Source: the human T2T-CHM13v2.0 reference genome, Homo sapiens
Assembly (NCBI RefSeq): GCF_009914755.1
Contig: NC_060941.1
Strand: one strand, 5' to 3'
DNA length: 64,000 nucleotides
Below are positions 1-13,618 of this stretch, piece after piece. A program made the position numbers and the translations under genes. Each line of letters starts with the position of its first letter. Position 1 is the first letter of the stretch. The notes beneath the pieces were generated by a model. That model did not search any database, had not been told where the DNA came from, and saw nothing but the letters and a program-made list of their open reading frames with translations.

Positions 1-339
1 TTTGTCCCCCAAGCAAAGCTGAAAGAATAGCTTCCTGAATAAACTGGTGAATCATCTGTGAGAGGTTTCCAGAGTGGGCACTAGCATTAAAAAAATTGCA
101 GCACTGAACTCCCAAGTAACTTTGATTACCATAATGGGCTACTAAAGGATAAAGTGTCATACCTCCTAAAGAAAAGACTTCCCAGTGCCCCAATCCCTGA
201 AAGGAGCCAGGGCTTCTGTCTTAAGAATTTATACCCATTGTTGGAGATACAATTTTTTTCATGTAAGGAGAATTACATTTCAGGAACCAATTCTATTTTC
301 TTAGATCCTGATTTATAAATGTAAATAAGTAATTTTATT

Positions 340-495
340 CCTCCAAAGGAATGCCACCCTGTTGACATCTTGATTTTAGCCCTATGAAATCCATTTCAGA
401 TTCTGACCTCTAAAAAATTAAAATAATGAATTTGTGTTGTTTGTAGTCACTAAGTTTGTGGTACTTTGTTACAGCAGCAATAGGAAACTAATACA
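340..495 (+). mobile_element. MLT1 (ERVL-MaLR) LTR, 3' fragment
   Basis: Typical end: tttgtgttgt...cactaagtttgtggtactttgttacagcagcaataggaaactaataca. Confidence 0.85.
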
Positions 496-589
496 CATGG
501 AGAACAGACTCAATAGACCCAATAACTCTGTAGTGAGAAATCACAAGGAAAGAAAGAGATACAGATGGAGGGTATGATGTAATCAAATA

Positions 590-1200
590 AATAATAGAAA
601 GACTGACTTGAAGCTGGAAAGGGACTTGAGTTTTCAGAGAAGAAAAGGCCAACTGAGTCCCTTATGGCAAAATTGTAAAAAAATTGGAATCCCTAAGGAT
701 AAAGAAAAATCTTACAAGCTCCCATTAAAAAATACATTTTTTGGTATAAATGAATTATTATTCTCATCACTGAGCCCATTATTTATTTGAGCTAAGTATT
801 TTACTTTAATCTTCACCACACCAGGACCCTATACCACACTCTTATCTACTTGCATGCGGATATGGAAAAAGAGGATCCCTGAGGTTATGCAGTTCTACAG
901 TTAGTAAGTGGTAGAAATGGAATTAAAAGTCAAGTTCAGAAACATGGGATTCTGAAGACAATTACATTATTTGCTAGCATCAAACTTCTCATTTACAATA
1001 CAGAAAACAGGAAAACAACAGACCAATGCCTGTAAAAAGTTAAAGAAGTACGTTTTCAAGCTCAAGTCCTATCATTAAAGTATGGGGCAGAGGGGAATGA
1101 CATTTTTAGACATACAAGAACATAGAAGGCTTACCACCCACATAACCTTTTCTGAAAACAAAGCAACAACAAAAAACTTCAGGTTGTACTTCAGCAAGAT
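590..1200 (+). mobile_element. Very old L1 ORF1-like (L1M/HAL1) relic, apparently interrupted by a MIR-like piece at ~780-940
   Basis: aaggataaagaaaaatcttacaagc (KDKEKIL-like) and gcatcaaacttctc resemble the 3' part of L1 ORF1. Highly diverged. Confidence 0.45.
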
Positions 1201-1789
1201 AAAGTTGAAAAACAGAAATACATAACATACCAATAAAATGAGCAATGATATCAGTAAAACTTATAGTTAATACTAAGTAATGGTTGAAAATATGGCAGTG
1301 AAATTTAATGGAATTGTTAAGTAGGTAGTCATAAAACAGAAGAGGCACAAAGTAAAAAATTAACAATCTGGAACCAAAATTCAAGATAATTTTTAACAAT
1401 ATGAAAGAGGTAGTAAGGAAGAAACAAAGGGAAGTTATAAAATACCAATGATACAACCTGTATTTTGTTTAAGCGAGATTGTTGTAGACACTGCTTTATT
1501 TTTATTTGGACAGGAAAACAATTTCTGATTTCGGCAAGTTTAAGGATGTTCACTAGCAGAACAAAAATGTAAGGTGAAAATTTCAAACTACTATGAGGTA
1601 AACTGTAAATAAAAAATAAGAAATTAAAGAATAAAAACATAAAATAAGAATATATGAGACAATATAATGAATATCAGTTGAATTTTTCTAAACTATTCTA
1701 GAAATAGGCAATGTTCCATGTTATTTTTTTAAAAAAATCAACTTCATCAAGGTATTATTTGCATACAATAAAATGCACAGATTTTTATT

Positions 1790-4700
1790 TATTTATTCTA
1801 AGCTTTTATATTGGGTTCAGGGGTACATGTGCAGGTTTGGTATATAGGTAAATTGCATGTCATGGGAGTTTGGTGTACAAATTATTTAATCAGCCAGGTA
1901 ATAAGCATAGTACCCGGCAGGTAGTTTTCCAGTCCTCATCTTCCTGTCCCCCTCTACCCTCAAGGAGGCCCCAGTGTCTGTTGTTCCCTTCTTTGTGTCC
2001 ACATATGCTCAATGTTTAGCTGTCACTCATCAGTGAAAACATGTGGTATTTCGTTTTCTATGCCTGAATTAGTTTACTGAGGATAATGAGTTCAGCTCTA
2101 TCCATGTTACTGCAAAGGACATGATCTCATTCCTTTTATGGCTGTGAACCAAGGTGTATAAGTACCACATTTTCTTTCTCCAGTCTAATGTTGATGGACA
2201 TTTAGGTTGATTCCATGTCTTTGCTATTGTGAACAGTGCTGTGATGAAGATACGCATGCAAGTGTCTTTATGGCAGCACAATTTATATATCTTTGGTTAT
2301 ATACCCAACAATGGGATTGCTGGGTCAAATGGTAGTTCTGTTTTAAGTTCTCTGAGAAACTGTCAAACTGTTTCCACAGTGGCTGAACTAATTTACACTC
2401 CCACCAGCAGTGTATAAGCATTCCCTTTTCTCTGTAACCTCCCCAGCATCTGTTACTTTTTGACTTTTTAATAATAGCCATTCTGACTGATATGAGGTGG
2501 TATCTCATTGTGGTTTTGATTTGCATTTCTCTAATGATTAGTGATGTTGAGCATTTTTTCACATGCTTGTTGGCCATGTGTATGTCTTCTTTTGAAAAGT
2601 GTCTGTCCATGTCCTTTGCCCACTTTTAAATTTTTTTTTTAATTTGTTTAAGTTGCTTGTAGATGCTGGGAATTAGACCTTTGTCAGATGCATAGTTTGC
2701 AAATATTTTCTCCTATTCTGTAGGTTCTCTGTTTACTCTGTTGATAGTTTCTTTTGCTGTTTAGAAGCCCTTTAGTTTAATTATATCTGACTTGTCAATT
2801 TTGTTGCTGTTGCAATTACTTTTAGTGTTTTCATCATGAAATTTTTGCCAGAGCCTATGTCCAGAATGGTATTTTGTAGGTTATCTTCTAGGGTTTTTGT
2901 GGTTTTAGGTTTTACATTTAAGTCTTTAATCCACCTTGAATTGATTTGATTTTTGTATATAAGTGAGGGGCCCAGTTTCAATCTTCTGCATATGGCTAGC
3001 CAGTTATCCCAACACCATTTATTGAATAGAGAGTCCTTTCTCCATTGTTTTTCTCAACTTTGTAGGAGATCAGATGGTTGTAGGTGTGAAGCTTTATTTT
3101 GATCTGTCTATTCTGTTCCATTGTTCTGTGTGCCTGTTTTTGTACTTGCACCATGCTGTTTTGGTTACTGTAGCCTTGTAGTATAATTTGAAGTCAGGTA
3201 ATGTAATGCCTGCAGCTTTGTTCTTTTTGGTTGTGATTGCTTTGCATATTCAGGCTCTTTATTGGTTACATATTAATTTTAAAATGGTTTTTTCTAATTC
3301 TGGGAAGAATGTCATTGGTAATTTGACAGGAGTAGCATTGAATCTATAAATTGCTCTGGGCATTATGGCCATTTTAACAAGATGGATTCATCTATACATG
3401 AGCATATAATGTGTTCCCATTTGTTTTTGTCATCTCTGATTTCCTTGAGAAGTGTTTTGTAATTCTCATTGTAGAGATCTTTTACCTCCCTGGTTAGCTG
3501 TATTCCTAGGTATTTTATTCTTTTTTGTGGCTGTTGTGAATAAGATCATGTTCTAGATTTGACTGTCAGCTTGGATGTTATTGATGTATAGAAATGCTAT
3601 TGATTTTTGTACATTGATTTTGTATCATGAAACTCTGCTGAAGTTGTTTATCAGATCTAGGAGCTTTTGGGCAAAGTCTATGGGGTTTTCTAGGTATAGA
3701 ATCATATTGTCTGCAAACAGAGATAGTTGGACTTATGCTCTTCCTATTTGGGTGTCTTTTCTTTCTTTCTCATTCCTGATTGCTCTAGCTGGGACTTCCA
3801 GTACTATGTTGAATAGAAGTGGTGAGGCTGGACATCCTTGTCTTGTTCTGCTTCTCAAGGGGAATTCTTCCAGCTTTTGCATTTTCAGTACGATGTTGGC
3901 TGTGGGTTTGTCATAAGTGGCTCTTATTATTTTAAAATATGTTTTCTCAGTGTCTGGTTTGTTGTTTTTTTAAAATGTTGAATTTTATTGAAAGCCTTTT
4001 CTGAATCTATTGAGATGATCATGTAGTTTTTTAGTTCTGCTTATGTGATAAATAACATTTATTGATTTGCCTATGTTGAACCAAACTTGCATCCCAGGGG
4101 TAAAACCTACTTTATCATGATGAATTAGTTTTTTGATGTGCTGCTGGGTTTGGTTTGCCAGTATTTTGTTGACGATTTTTGCATCTATTTTCTTCAAGGA
4201 GAGTGGCCTGAGGTTTTCCTTTTTTGTTGTGCCTCTTCCTGTTTGTTTGGTCAGAATGATGCTTGCCTCGCAGAATGAGTTAGAGACAAGTCCCTTCTCC
4301 TCAGCTTTTAGGAAAAGTTTCAGTAGGAATGGTGCCAGCTCTTTAACACATCTGGTAGAATTTGGCTGTGAATTCATCTGGTCCTGGGCTTTGTCTGGTT
4401 GATAGGCTTTTTATTATTGATTCAATTTCAGAACTCATTCTTGGTCTGTTCAGGTATTCAGTTTCTTTCTGGTTCATTCTTAGGAGATTGTACATTTCCA
4501 GAAATGTATCCATTTCTTCTAGGTTTTATAGTATGTGTGCATAGAGGTATTCATAGTAGTCTCTGAGGTTTTTTTTAATATTTCTGTGGGGTCAGTGGTA
4601 ACGTCCCCTTTGCCATTTCTGGTTGTGTTTATTTAGATCTTCTTTTTTTTCTTTATTAGTCTAGCTAGCAGTCTGTCAATCTTATTTGTTCTTTCAAAAA

Positions 4701-7325
4701 AACCTCCTGGATTTATCTTTTGTATGGTTTTCCCATCTTAATTTCATTTAGTTTAGCTCTGATTTTGTTTTTTTCTTGTCTTCTGCTAGCTTTGGGGTTG
4801 GCTGGCTCTTGTTTTTCTTGTTCCTCTAGTTGAGATGTTAGGTTGTTAATTTGAGACCTTTCTAAAGTTTTGATGTGGGCATTTAGCACTATGAATATTT
4901 TTCTTAAGTTGGAACTGCTTTAGCTGTATTCCAGAGATTCTGGTATGGTATATCTTTGTTCTCGTTAGTTCAAAGAAAATTTTCAAAGAATTTTTTACCT
5001 TGATTTTGTTGTTTAACAAAAGTCATTCATTCAGGAGCAGGTTGTTTAACTTCCATGTAATTGTATGGTTTTATGTAATCTTCTTAGTATTGATTCTTAT
5101 TTGATTGCACTGGGGTATGAGAGTGTGGTTGGTAACATATATTTTTTTGAATTTGATGATGATATTTTAATGTCAATTTTGTGGTTGATTTTAGAGTGCC
5201 ATGTGTAGATGAGAAAAATGTATATACTGTTGTTTTTGGGTGGAGTGTTCTGTAGGTCTCTATTATGCCCATTTGGTCAAGTGTCTAGCTCAGGTCCCAA
5301 ACATATTTGTTAGTTTTCTGCCTCAACGATCTGTCTAATACTGTCAGTGGCATGTTGAAGTCTCCTACTATTGTTGTATGGTAATCTAAGTCTCTTTTAG
5401 GTATCTAAGAACTTGTTTTATGAATCTGGGTGCTTCTATGTTGGGTGCATATATATTCAGGTTAGGTCTTCTTGTTGAATTCAACCCTTAGCCATTATAT
5501 AATGCCCTTCTTTGTATTTTTTGATTGTTGTTGGTTTAAAGTCTACTTTGTCTGAAATTAATATCAACTCCTGATTTGTTTTCCATTTGCTTGGTAGATT
5601 TTTCTACATCCCTTTACTTTGAGACTATGGGTGTCACTGCATGTGAGATGGGTCTCTTGAAGATAGCATATAGTTGGGTTTTACTTCTTTATCCAACTTG
5701 CCGCTCTGTGCCTTTTAATTGGAACATTTAGCCTGTTTACATTCAATTTTGATATGTGTAGATTTAATCCTGGCTTTGTGTCACTAGCTAGTTGTTATGC
5801 AGACTTGATTGTATAGTGGCTTTATAGTGTCAATATTCTACACATTTGTGTGTTCCTGTGGTGGCCCATAATGGTCTTTCCTTTCCATATTTAGCATTCC
5901 CTTAAGGACCTCTTATAAGGCAGGTCTGGAAGTAACAAATTCCCTTAGCATTTACTTGTCTAAAAAGATTCTTATGTTTCCTTTGCTTATGAAGCTTAGT
6001 TTGGCAGGATATCAAATTCTTGGTTAGAATTTCCTGTCTTTAAGAATGCTGAATATAGGCCCCCAATCTCTTCTGGGCTAGGGTTCTTGCTGACAGAGCC
6101 ACTGTTAGCCTGATGGGGTTCTCTTTGTAGGTGACCTGCCCCTTCTCTCTAGCTTACTTTAACATTTGTTTCTTTCATTTCAACCTTGGAGAATCAGATG
6201 ACTATTTGTCTTGGGGATGGTCATCTTGTATAGTATCTCACAGAGGTTCTCTGTATTTCTCAAATTTGAATGTTGGCCTAACAAGGTTGGAGAAATTTTC
6301 ATGAACCATATCTTCAAGTATATTTTCCAAGTTCCTTGCCTTCTCGCTCTCTCTTTCAGGGATGCCAGTAAGTAGCAGATTTTATTTCTTTACGTAATTC
6401 TATATCCCTTGGTGGTTTTGTTCATTTTTTTCTTTATTTTTGTCTAAGTTATTTTGGAAAAGCAGTGTTCGAGCTCTGCAATTCTTTCCTCAGCTTGGTC
6501 AATTCTGCTGTTAATACTTGCAATTGTATTATAAAATTCTCGAAGTCATTTTTCAGCTCTATCAGATCAATTTGATTATTTCTTAAAATATTCATTTTGT
6601 CTTTCAGCTCCTGAATCATTTTGTTATATTCCTTAGATTCCTTGGATTGGGTCTCAACTTTCTCCTGTATCTCAATGATCTTTATTCTTATCCATATTCT
6701 GAATTTAATGTCTGTCATTTCGGCCATTTCAGCCTGGTTAAAAACCACTGCTGGAGAACCAGTGCAGTTGTTTGGAGCTAAGAAGACATCTTGGCTTTTT
6801 GATTTGCCAGAGTTCTTATCCTGGTTCTTTCTTATCTGTATGGACTGATGTTCCTTTTTATATTTGATGTTACTGTCCTTTGGATGGATTTCATTGCTTT
6901 TTTTTCCCTTTGATGCCTGTGGGTGTTTGATTGCGGTATAAAGTGGGTTCAGTCAACTGGCTTCATTTCTGGAATATTTTAGGGGGCAAAGGCTCAGCTT
7001 AGTATTTCTGGGCTGTATGCTCTAACTCTGGGGGCCTGGTACCCAGCCCCCAGCTTTGTTCTCTGGTCCCTTGAGGTTAGAAAGCTGCTGTACAAGAGGG
7101 GCTGAGGTATTCCCTAGCCACAATACTCCAATAGGGGGTGCCAGCCAAAGTGTTTTGTTGGGGCAGTGGCCATGGGATCTGTGCTCACTCACACATGCCA
7201 GCAACTGCAGCAGCATCATGGGGTACACGTGTTGGCTAAAGAAAGGTACCAGTGGGAGTAGGGTGTCAGTGTTCCTGCATGTACTTGCACTGGCAGTGGT
7301 GGTGGTGTGGCAGGGATGGGGTACT
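1790..7325 (-). mobile_element. ~5.5-kb LINE-1, L1PA15/L1PA16-like: 3'UTR, disrupted ORF2 and ORF1, partial 5'UTR
   Basis: Minus-strand ORF fragments are L1 ORF2p ([39 protein letters not shown]; [16 protein letters not shown]; [23 protein letters not shown]; YRTLHPKTTVYTFFSSTHGT) and ORF1p (AEMTDIKFRIWI..KIIEIQEKVETQSKE). The 3'UTR resembles old L1PA. Many stops and frameshifts. Confidence 0.95.
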
Positions 7326-7360
7326 AGTCTGAATTTTTTAATTTAAAGGACTCTCAGTCT

Positions 7361-7427
7361 GGAGCTGAGATTGCGCCACTGCACTCTAGTCTGGGTGACA
7401 GAGTGAGACTCCATCTCAAAAGAAAAC
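7361..7427 (+). mobile_element. Alu 3'-terminal fragment
   Basis: gagctgagattgcgccactgcactctagtctgggtgacagagtgagactccatctcaaaagaaaa. Confidence 0.9.
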
Positions 7428-8139
7428 ATTAGGTACACCATGGTAATTTTAATAATGATGACAATGTTGTTGTTGATGATAGCAGCAGCTAACATTTATT
7501 GATTCCTCATTAGAAATCATTAGGAACAGATTCACCCTCTCATTTTGTCCTCACAACAATCTTACAAAGCTAAGTTATAAAGTTAGTATAAGATAATGTT
7601 ACCAAGAGTTTAAAATAAAGTGGAGAAATGGAAAAAGCAAGACAGAAAATTTTATCTTTTATAAGGGAAAACAACTTACTGAAAAACCTGGAAAGAAATA
7701 CAGTATAGTACTAATAGCTGCTGGTTCTCAAAGGTAAAACTATGTGTAGTTTTTCCTTTCATCTTTTCTGTCTTATTTTTCTCTTATAAGCCCTTGTTAC
7801 AAGGGGAAAATACAAGAAAATGTATTTAAAATAAACAGACGATGTGCAATTTCATTTCTGGAGATGACTAGGCAATGTTTTTTCTCAAAGGATCTTTTGG
7901 GGCCTCGAGAAAACCTAGGTTAGATTTTGCTATTCATCAGGTAAAAATGTATTTCCTACCATTCTCTGTTGGAGGCACCATAGCAGAATTCAGCAAAAGA
8001 GAAACATGGTTATAGATTGCTCAGAGATAGAAAGATGTCTCTGATGAGTGATAATGTAAAGAAATAAGTCACCTCAGGTGTCATGATGATTTATGCTTTT
8101 CTCAGTAAATTTAATTTTATCTTTTTTTCCCCATTTGTG

Positions 8140-8300
8140 CCTTACAAGAGCCCTGAGAGACTAGGACACCAGGCATTATCAATGCCCATGTTACAGAAAA
8201 TGAGGGGCAGTGAGCATAGTTACCTGCCAAGGCCACACAATGAGCTAGTAAAAACCTGAACACAGAACACAATCTTAACTCTTAACTCAGTGCTTTCTTC
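8140..8300 (-). mobile_element. MIR
   Basis: attatcaatgcccatgttacagaaaatgagg...ttacctgccaaggccacaca core. Confidence 0.65.
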
Positions 8301-8669
8301 CATGACAACAGCTTATCTGGGAGCCCTGATTCCTCTTGGCAGGAAAGACAAGCCTATCAATATATCAGCTATCTAAGATATTTATGGATGAAGATTCTGT
8401 GTAATGTCTGCTGTAAATTCAGTTTACTACAACTCTCAGCAAAATCAAAGGAATACCAGTTGTATCCCACCTTTTACTCTGCCATTCATGCAACACTCAT
8501 TGATTGCATGCAGAGAACTATGAAAGTGTTAGGCATTCAGTGATGCTTGTCTTCGGGTAGCTTATAGTGGGGAAGCAGTTAATCAAATCTAGAAGTATAA
8601 CACAATGGAATCAGTAACGTGAAGGAGACATAATGAAGTGTCGTGGCTCTCAGAAGAGGGACACGCTGC

Positions 8670-8830
8670 TCATCATTCATTGACTCATTCATTCAACAAA
8701 TAAAAACTGCCTTCTTGTTGCCATGCTTTGTGTTGAATTCCGGGGATGCACAGTTAATACAGACACATGATATTTATCCTCAAGGATTATCATCTAGTGG
8801 GAAACTTAAGATTGACCAAATGATTATACA
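8670..8830 (-). mobile_element. L2 3' end
   Basis: cattcattcaacaaa...tgtgttgaattccggggatgcacag...cctcaaggattatcatctagtgggaaac. Confidence 0.7.
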
Positions 8831-9776
8831 GACGTACATTAAATCAGAAGTGATAAATATGGCAAAGGATAGTTAGTGGTGTAAGAAGCATGTGATCTAG
8901 GGTGAGTTTCTTCTGATTCAAGGGTGAGTTTCTTTACAGCCCTCTACTAGAACATGAGAAATTTTGTATTTCCTCCAAGGCTTGGCTATTCAAAGGAGAG
9001 TTTGCAGGTGCTGATTGGAAGTGGCTTACTTAATATTGCTTATATCCTTTATTGTAATAATCTGATAGGCTATTTCTTACCACACTGCCGCTTCCTTTTC
9101 CTCCTTCACAGCCCTGCATATAGTAGATGGTAATCTTCCTGTTCTCAGTTTATATATGGAGTGTAATGTTGGACTGTTCCTCTTTGCCCAATGAGCCAGG
9201 CAAACACTAATGGAGAGAAAACTGCAATCATATCCACAGTGTTCATAGTAAAACATTAGATCCCAACCTGAAGCATCCTCTGCTGAGGGTAGCAGATGGC
9301 ATCAGGGTGCCTATGTTAGAAGTAATGCAAACCTGATTATACTCTTTCTAATTTTTTCCCCTCCTACATGAAGCATGCTGTAGCCACCTCACAGAATATG
9401 GTGATGTGTCAAAACTTAATTAGCCAACACTTGTACCCCATCTACATTATGTCAAAAACTACACTTTCAAGAACAAGAGAAGAGAGCTCCAAAATATTCT
9501 GGCAGGCAGAGAATTCTTAGAACACAAAGAAAGAGAATAAGGTAGTAAGCTATTTTCTATTATCAAGGCCTTAATTCTTTCTTGGATAATCAGAAATGGG
9601 AGAAAATTTTCTGGGTTCCCTGGATGTACCAGGGTTGCCATATCTTCTATACAAAAATGGAAAAATCTATGACCTGACATGTATGTGGGAAACGTATGGT
9701 CTGGTGTGCATGTATGTGGGACTAGAAGCAGGCATGTTTGAAGTAAATACAGTTTCTGTTTATCTGGTATGCATCA

Positions 9777-9881
9777 CAGGGTGACCAACCCACCCTGTTT
9801 GCTCAGGATGGAGGGGCTTTCTAGGATGCAAGAATTTCAGTGTTAAAACTGAGAAAGCCCCAGGCAATCTGAGATAACCCT
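9777..9881. mobile_element. MER81-like hAT (Blackjack) MITE
   Basis: agggtgaccaacc...tttgctcaggatggaggggctttctaggatgcaagaatttcagtgttaaaact matches the recalled MER81 layout. Confidence 0.75.
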
Positions 9882-11232
9882 TGATGTATGTAATGTATGG
9901 CTCTTAAAAAAAAAAAACTCTTATTATATTCTTAGAAGGTCATGTTGACCAGTACAGTGCTGTCGCCTTTGTTCTCTCCTTTGACCAATGTGGAGGAATG
10001 AGGCTGCCTGCTTACAGGAATATCAGAGATCTTTCTAATTCCTAAACTGGCTCATCTATCCAAACCCCTCACCCCTCTCCCACCATTTTTCTTTTCCTCA
10101 GGCCCAGCTCCTTGCCTCTTAATGGTCATGCTCACAGCTTTGGGGCTGAATACTCAATTAGCCACTGCAGCGCAAGAAGAGTCCCCCAGCTTCATCCATC
10201 CTTTATCCATGAAGAAGGCCCAGAGCTCCTTTTATATTTGCTAGGGATTTTTCACCAGAGTATAGAAAAAAAGTCACGTGATACACTTTTAAGTCATAAA
10301 AAGGACAAAAAACTCACAATAAAAATATGCATTTGGAAATCTTATATGCATAAGGAGCAAGTTCTAGCTCAGTTTGTTTATATATTAAGTTCATGCCCAA
10401 GAGGGTCAATGCCTTCTCTAATCTATCCCTAAGCCCCTTTACCTCTATTATTTGCAGGCTTGGTGAGGGAGCCTCTATCCTACGCTGCTTCTGCTTCTCA
10501 TGCCTATCGGAGGCAATGCATGTAATACAAACCCTATGGAATTGGGACCTCTCCAGCTTGTTCAGAGCTGGTTGAAGCTCCTTGCTCTGCCACTTTTTAG
10601 TTCAGTATACTTAGATGAATTATTTAATCCTCTAAATCTCAGTTCACTTGTTACATTTTCACAGAGACCTAGAAACATTAAAAAATACTATTTACATGTT
10701 CCCAACCTCCTAAGGTGGCTGCTTCGTTTGCTCTCACATTCAGCACGATAGATAATTGTAAGGCATACAAGAATTTCAACCATCAAAGGTGTAAGTAAAT
10801 TCTCTATATTCTCTTCATGATGACAAAATAAGCAGTTGAATATTTGCCCTAAGATTGGAAATCAAAAAGTTTATCCATCAGTGCTCCATAAATTGCAGTT
10901 GACGCTTCCCTGTGGCACTAAGACAGCTGTCAAGGTGGAAAATGGGGCTTAGGCTTGGAGATAGGAGTCTTTGCGCAAAAGGTTTGCACTGCCTCAGGTG
11001 GAGTTAATTCTCCCTGACCTCATAGGCCCATTGTAAAGATTAATTGAGAAGTGATCTAAAAGTGTATGACACACAGAGTAAGCTCTTGACTGTTGGTTAA
11101 GTTGGGCACACTTCTTTTCTCCTGTTGGCACAAGGCATAGAAGTGCCACATGCTAGTAAGTGGAATTTCTATCATTTTCTGGCTCTCCTCCTTACCTGCT
11201 TAGAGTTTATGGCCCATCATCCCTATCAGTCC

Positions 11233-11257
11233 TTTTTTTTTTTTTTTTTTTTTTTTT
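11233..11257. repeat. (T)25 mononucleotide run
   Basis: Direct count. Confidence 0.95.
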
Positions 11258-13220
11258 ACAACTCTACCCTTTGCTGCTGTCTTTCATCAAACAAACTCAC
11301 CTGTCATTCCTTATAGCTGGTTGGACCTAGCTCTCTGCCTTCTCTGTTCTTATCCCCAGGCTATTTAATGAATCTGGATAAAGATATACAGTTATCATTT
11401 CATCTGTAACCATAAATCTCAAGTGTGTTTCACCATTCTCCCACATTACTCTAGTCAACTCACGCTCCCACATTCAGGGCTAGCTATTTTATTATCTGCC
11501 TTCCCCATCACCCAAATTTCCAATTCCCGCTCCTCACTCTCAGTTGATGACCTTGATTCTCATTTGAGAATATAAAGCAGGGCTACTTTATCCTCCCACA
11601 ACCAAACCTACTTCCCCAGCTGTACCCACACAGAAACCCTCCTCTGTCCCTCCAGTTATGGGGGTAAGCTGTCCCTTCACCTGCTGGTGGCCAGCACCTC
11701 CTTTCTTGGATAGGATCCTACATTATCTTGCGTGGAGGAGGACTTGACACCTACAGAGACTCTGTCTTTCCTTAGCATCACCAGTGAATTGGATTATTCC
11801 CATCAGTACAAGTATATCCTAATATGTCCTGGATTAAAATATATCCTTATTTTGATCCCTATTTCTCTCTAGCTAGCCTACCCCCATTTTGTGCTCCCTT
11901 TTATGTCAAAAAATTTTTAAATAGTTTTTTATACTGTCTTCGCTATCTCATTCTATATTCATTTATCAACCTTCCAAGCAGGTTTTTCCCCCCGGTATTC
12001 CACTGAAACTGCTCCCATCAATGATTTCTGTCTTGCTAAATCAAATGATCAGCTAATTGCTCTCTCCAGGAAAAAACTTTGTTCTTCTTTTGGCTTTTAT
12101 GGCACCACACTTTCTGGATGTCCCTCCTTTCTCACCGGATGTGCCATCTCGGTCTCCATTGCTGGTGCCTTCCCTGCCTGCCAATCTCTAAACGTCAGGA
12201 TACCATAGCACTCAATTCTTAGCCCTCTTTTCTAACTACATTCACTCCCTGGATAGTCTAATGTATGCCCATGGCTTTAAATATTTGTTATATGCCATGG
12301 ACCAACAAATTTATATCTTCAGCCCCACTTTCTTAGTTTCCAGACATGTATTTTGCCTATTTGACATTTCTATTTGCATGTTTAAAAGGCACCTCAAACT
12401 CAGTAACTCCAGATTAGAATTCCTGATCTCCCATCCCTGCCAAAGTCCACTCCTTCCTCAGTCTTCTCTATCTCAATATATCAAAGGGCCATTCACTCAA
12501 TGACTACTCTCCTTCTCTCACAACCAATGTCCAATCCATCTGCATGTCCTTCTTGCCCTACGTTTGAAACAGATATTGCACTACATCACTTATCTGCACC
12601 TTGCATCAACCATGTCTTATGTCTCTTCCAGATGACACAGTGGTTTCCTAGTGTTTTGTTTCCATCCTTACCTTGTACAGTCAGCTTCACACAGCACACA
12701 GCAGTTGGAGTGATCTTTCAATAACCTGTACCAAGTCTTTCCAATATCTATTGAAAGCTTTCTAGTGGTTCCCTGTAACATCAGCATTAAAACCAAACTC
12801 CTTTCCATAGCCTATGTGGCTCTTGACAATCAGACTTTTGACCATTTTTCTGTAACCTGAATTCGCCCTCTGCTCACTGTCCTCTGTTCATAGTGACCTT
12901 CTTCCTGTTTATGGAATGTGCCAAGTCTGTACCACCTGATGGTCTTTGAGCAGCTGTTCTCTTTGGCTCAATAATCAACTTCCTGCTGTTCACTTGCTTA
13001 CTCCACTTAGGTTGGCTCAAATGTTGGCCATTTGAGGAAGAGGAAGGAAGAGGTTGGCTCCTCTTCCTTCAGTGGGGCCTTCCCGGCTGCCCCATCTAAA
13101 ATAGCAACCCTGGCCTTTTTTCATTCTGTTTTATTTATTAACTTACCACATTAAAAATATTTTACATATATATGTATATATGTGTGTATATATATCTACG
13201 TACTTTATTGGTTTAATATC

Positions 13221-13618
13221 TGTTCCTGACCAGATCCCTCTTCGAGGCTGAAGGACTTATTCCCCCAGCTGCTGGGAGTTCTCAGTGGCCATCTCTTTCC
13301 CAGGATTGTCTTTAGCTGATAAGAGCCCCTGTGCAAGATCGCACCTCATTCCCAGTGAGCCCACAGTCAATGACTGACCTATACACCTGTCTAAAGATGA
13401 GGGTTCCCTCGCCACAATGGGGGACCATTTTGAAGGGTCATCCCAGTTTCAGAGCTTTCCACGAGGTCAGCTTCAGCCTTTGTTGAGCCTGCTTCACGGT
13501 CCATTCCTTCTTTCTTCCTTTTCCCCGCAGGACTTAAGCCCAAGAGCCCTTTCCAATGAACTTCCTGTGCACAATGTCCATGTCAGAGGATGTTTCCTGG
13601 GGAACCTGATCTGTAAAA
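13221..13618 (+). mobile_element. LTR16-family (ERVL) solo LTR nested in L2
   Basis: ggacttattcccccagctgctgggag...gaagggtcatcccagtttcagagct...tgtttcctggggaacctgatct. Confidence 0.75.

Noticed and set aside
2069-6848. Multiple 60-130 aa ORFs as genes or an active retrotransposon
   Set aside because: Fragments of a decayed L1 ORF1/ORF2 or their antisense frames, with many stops and frameshifts.
8899-8934. 14-bp direct repeat agggtgagtttctt containing donor-like GTGAGT
   Set aside because: Small local duplication, antisense to CA10, with no support for use.
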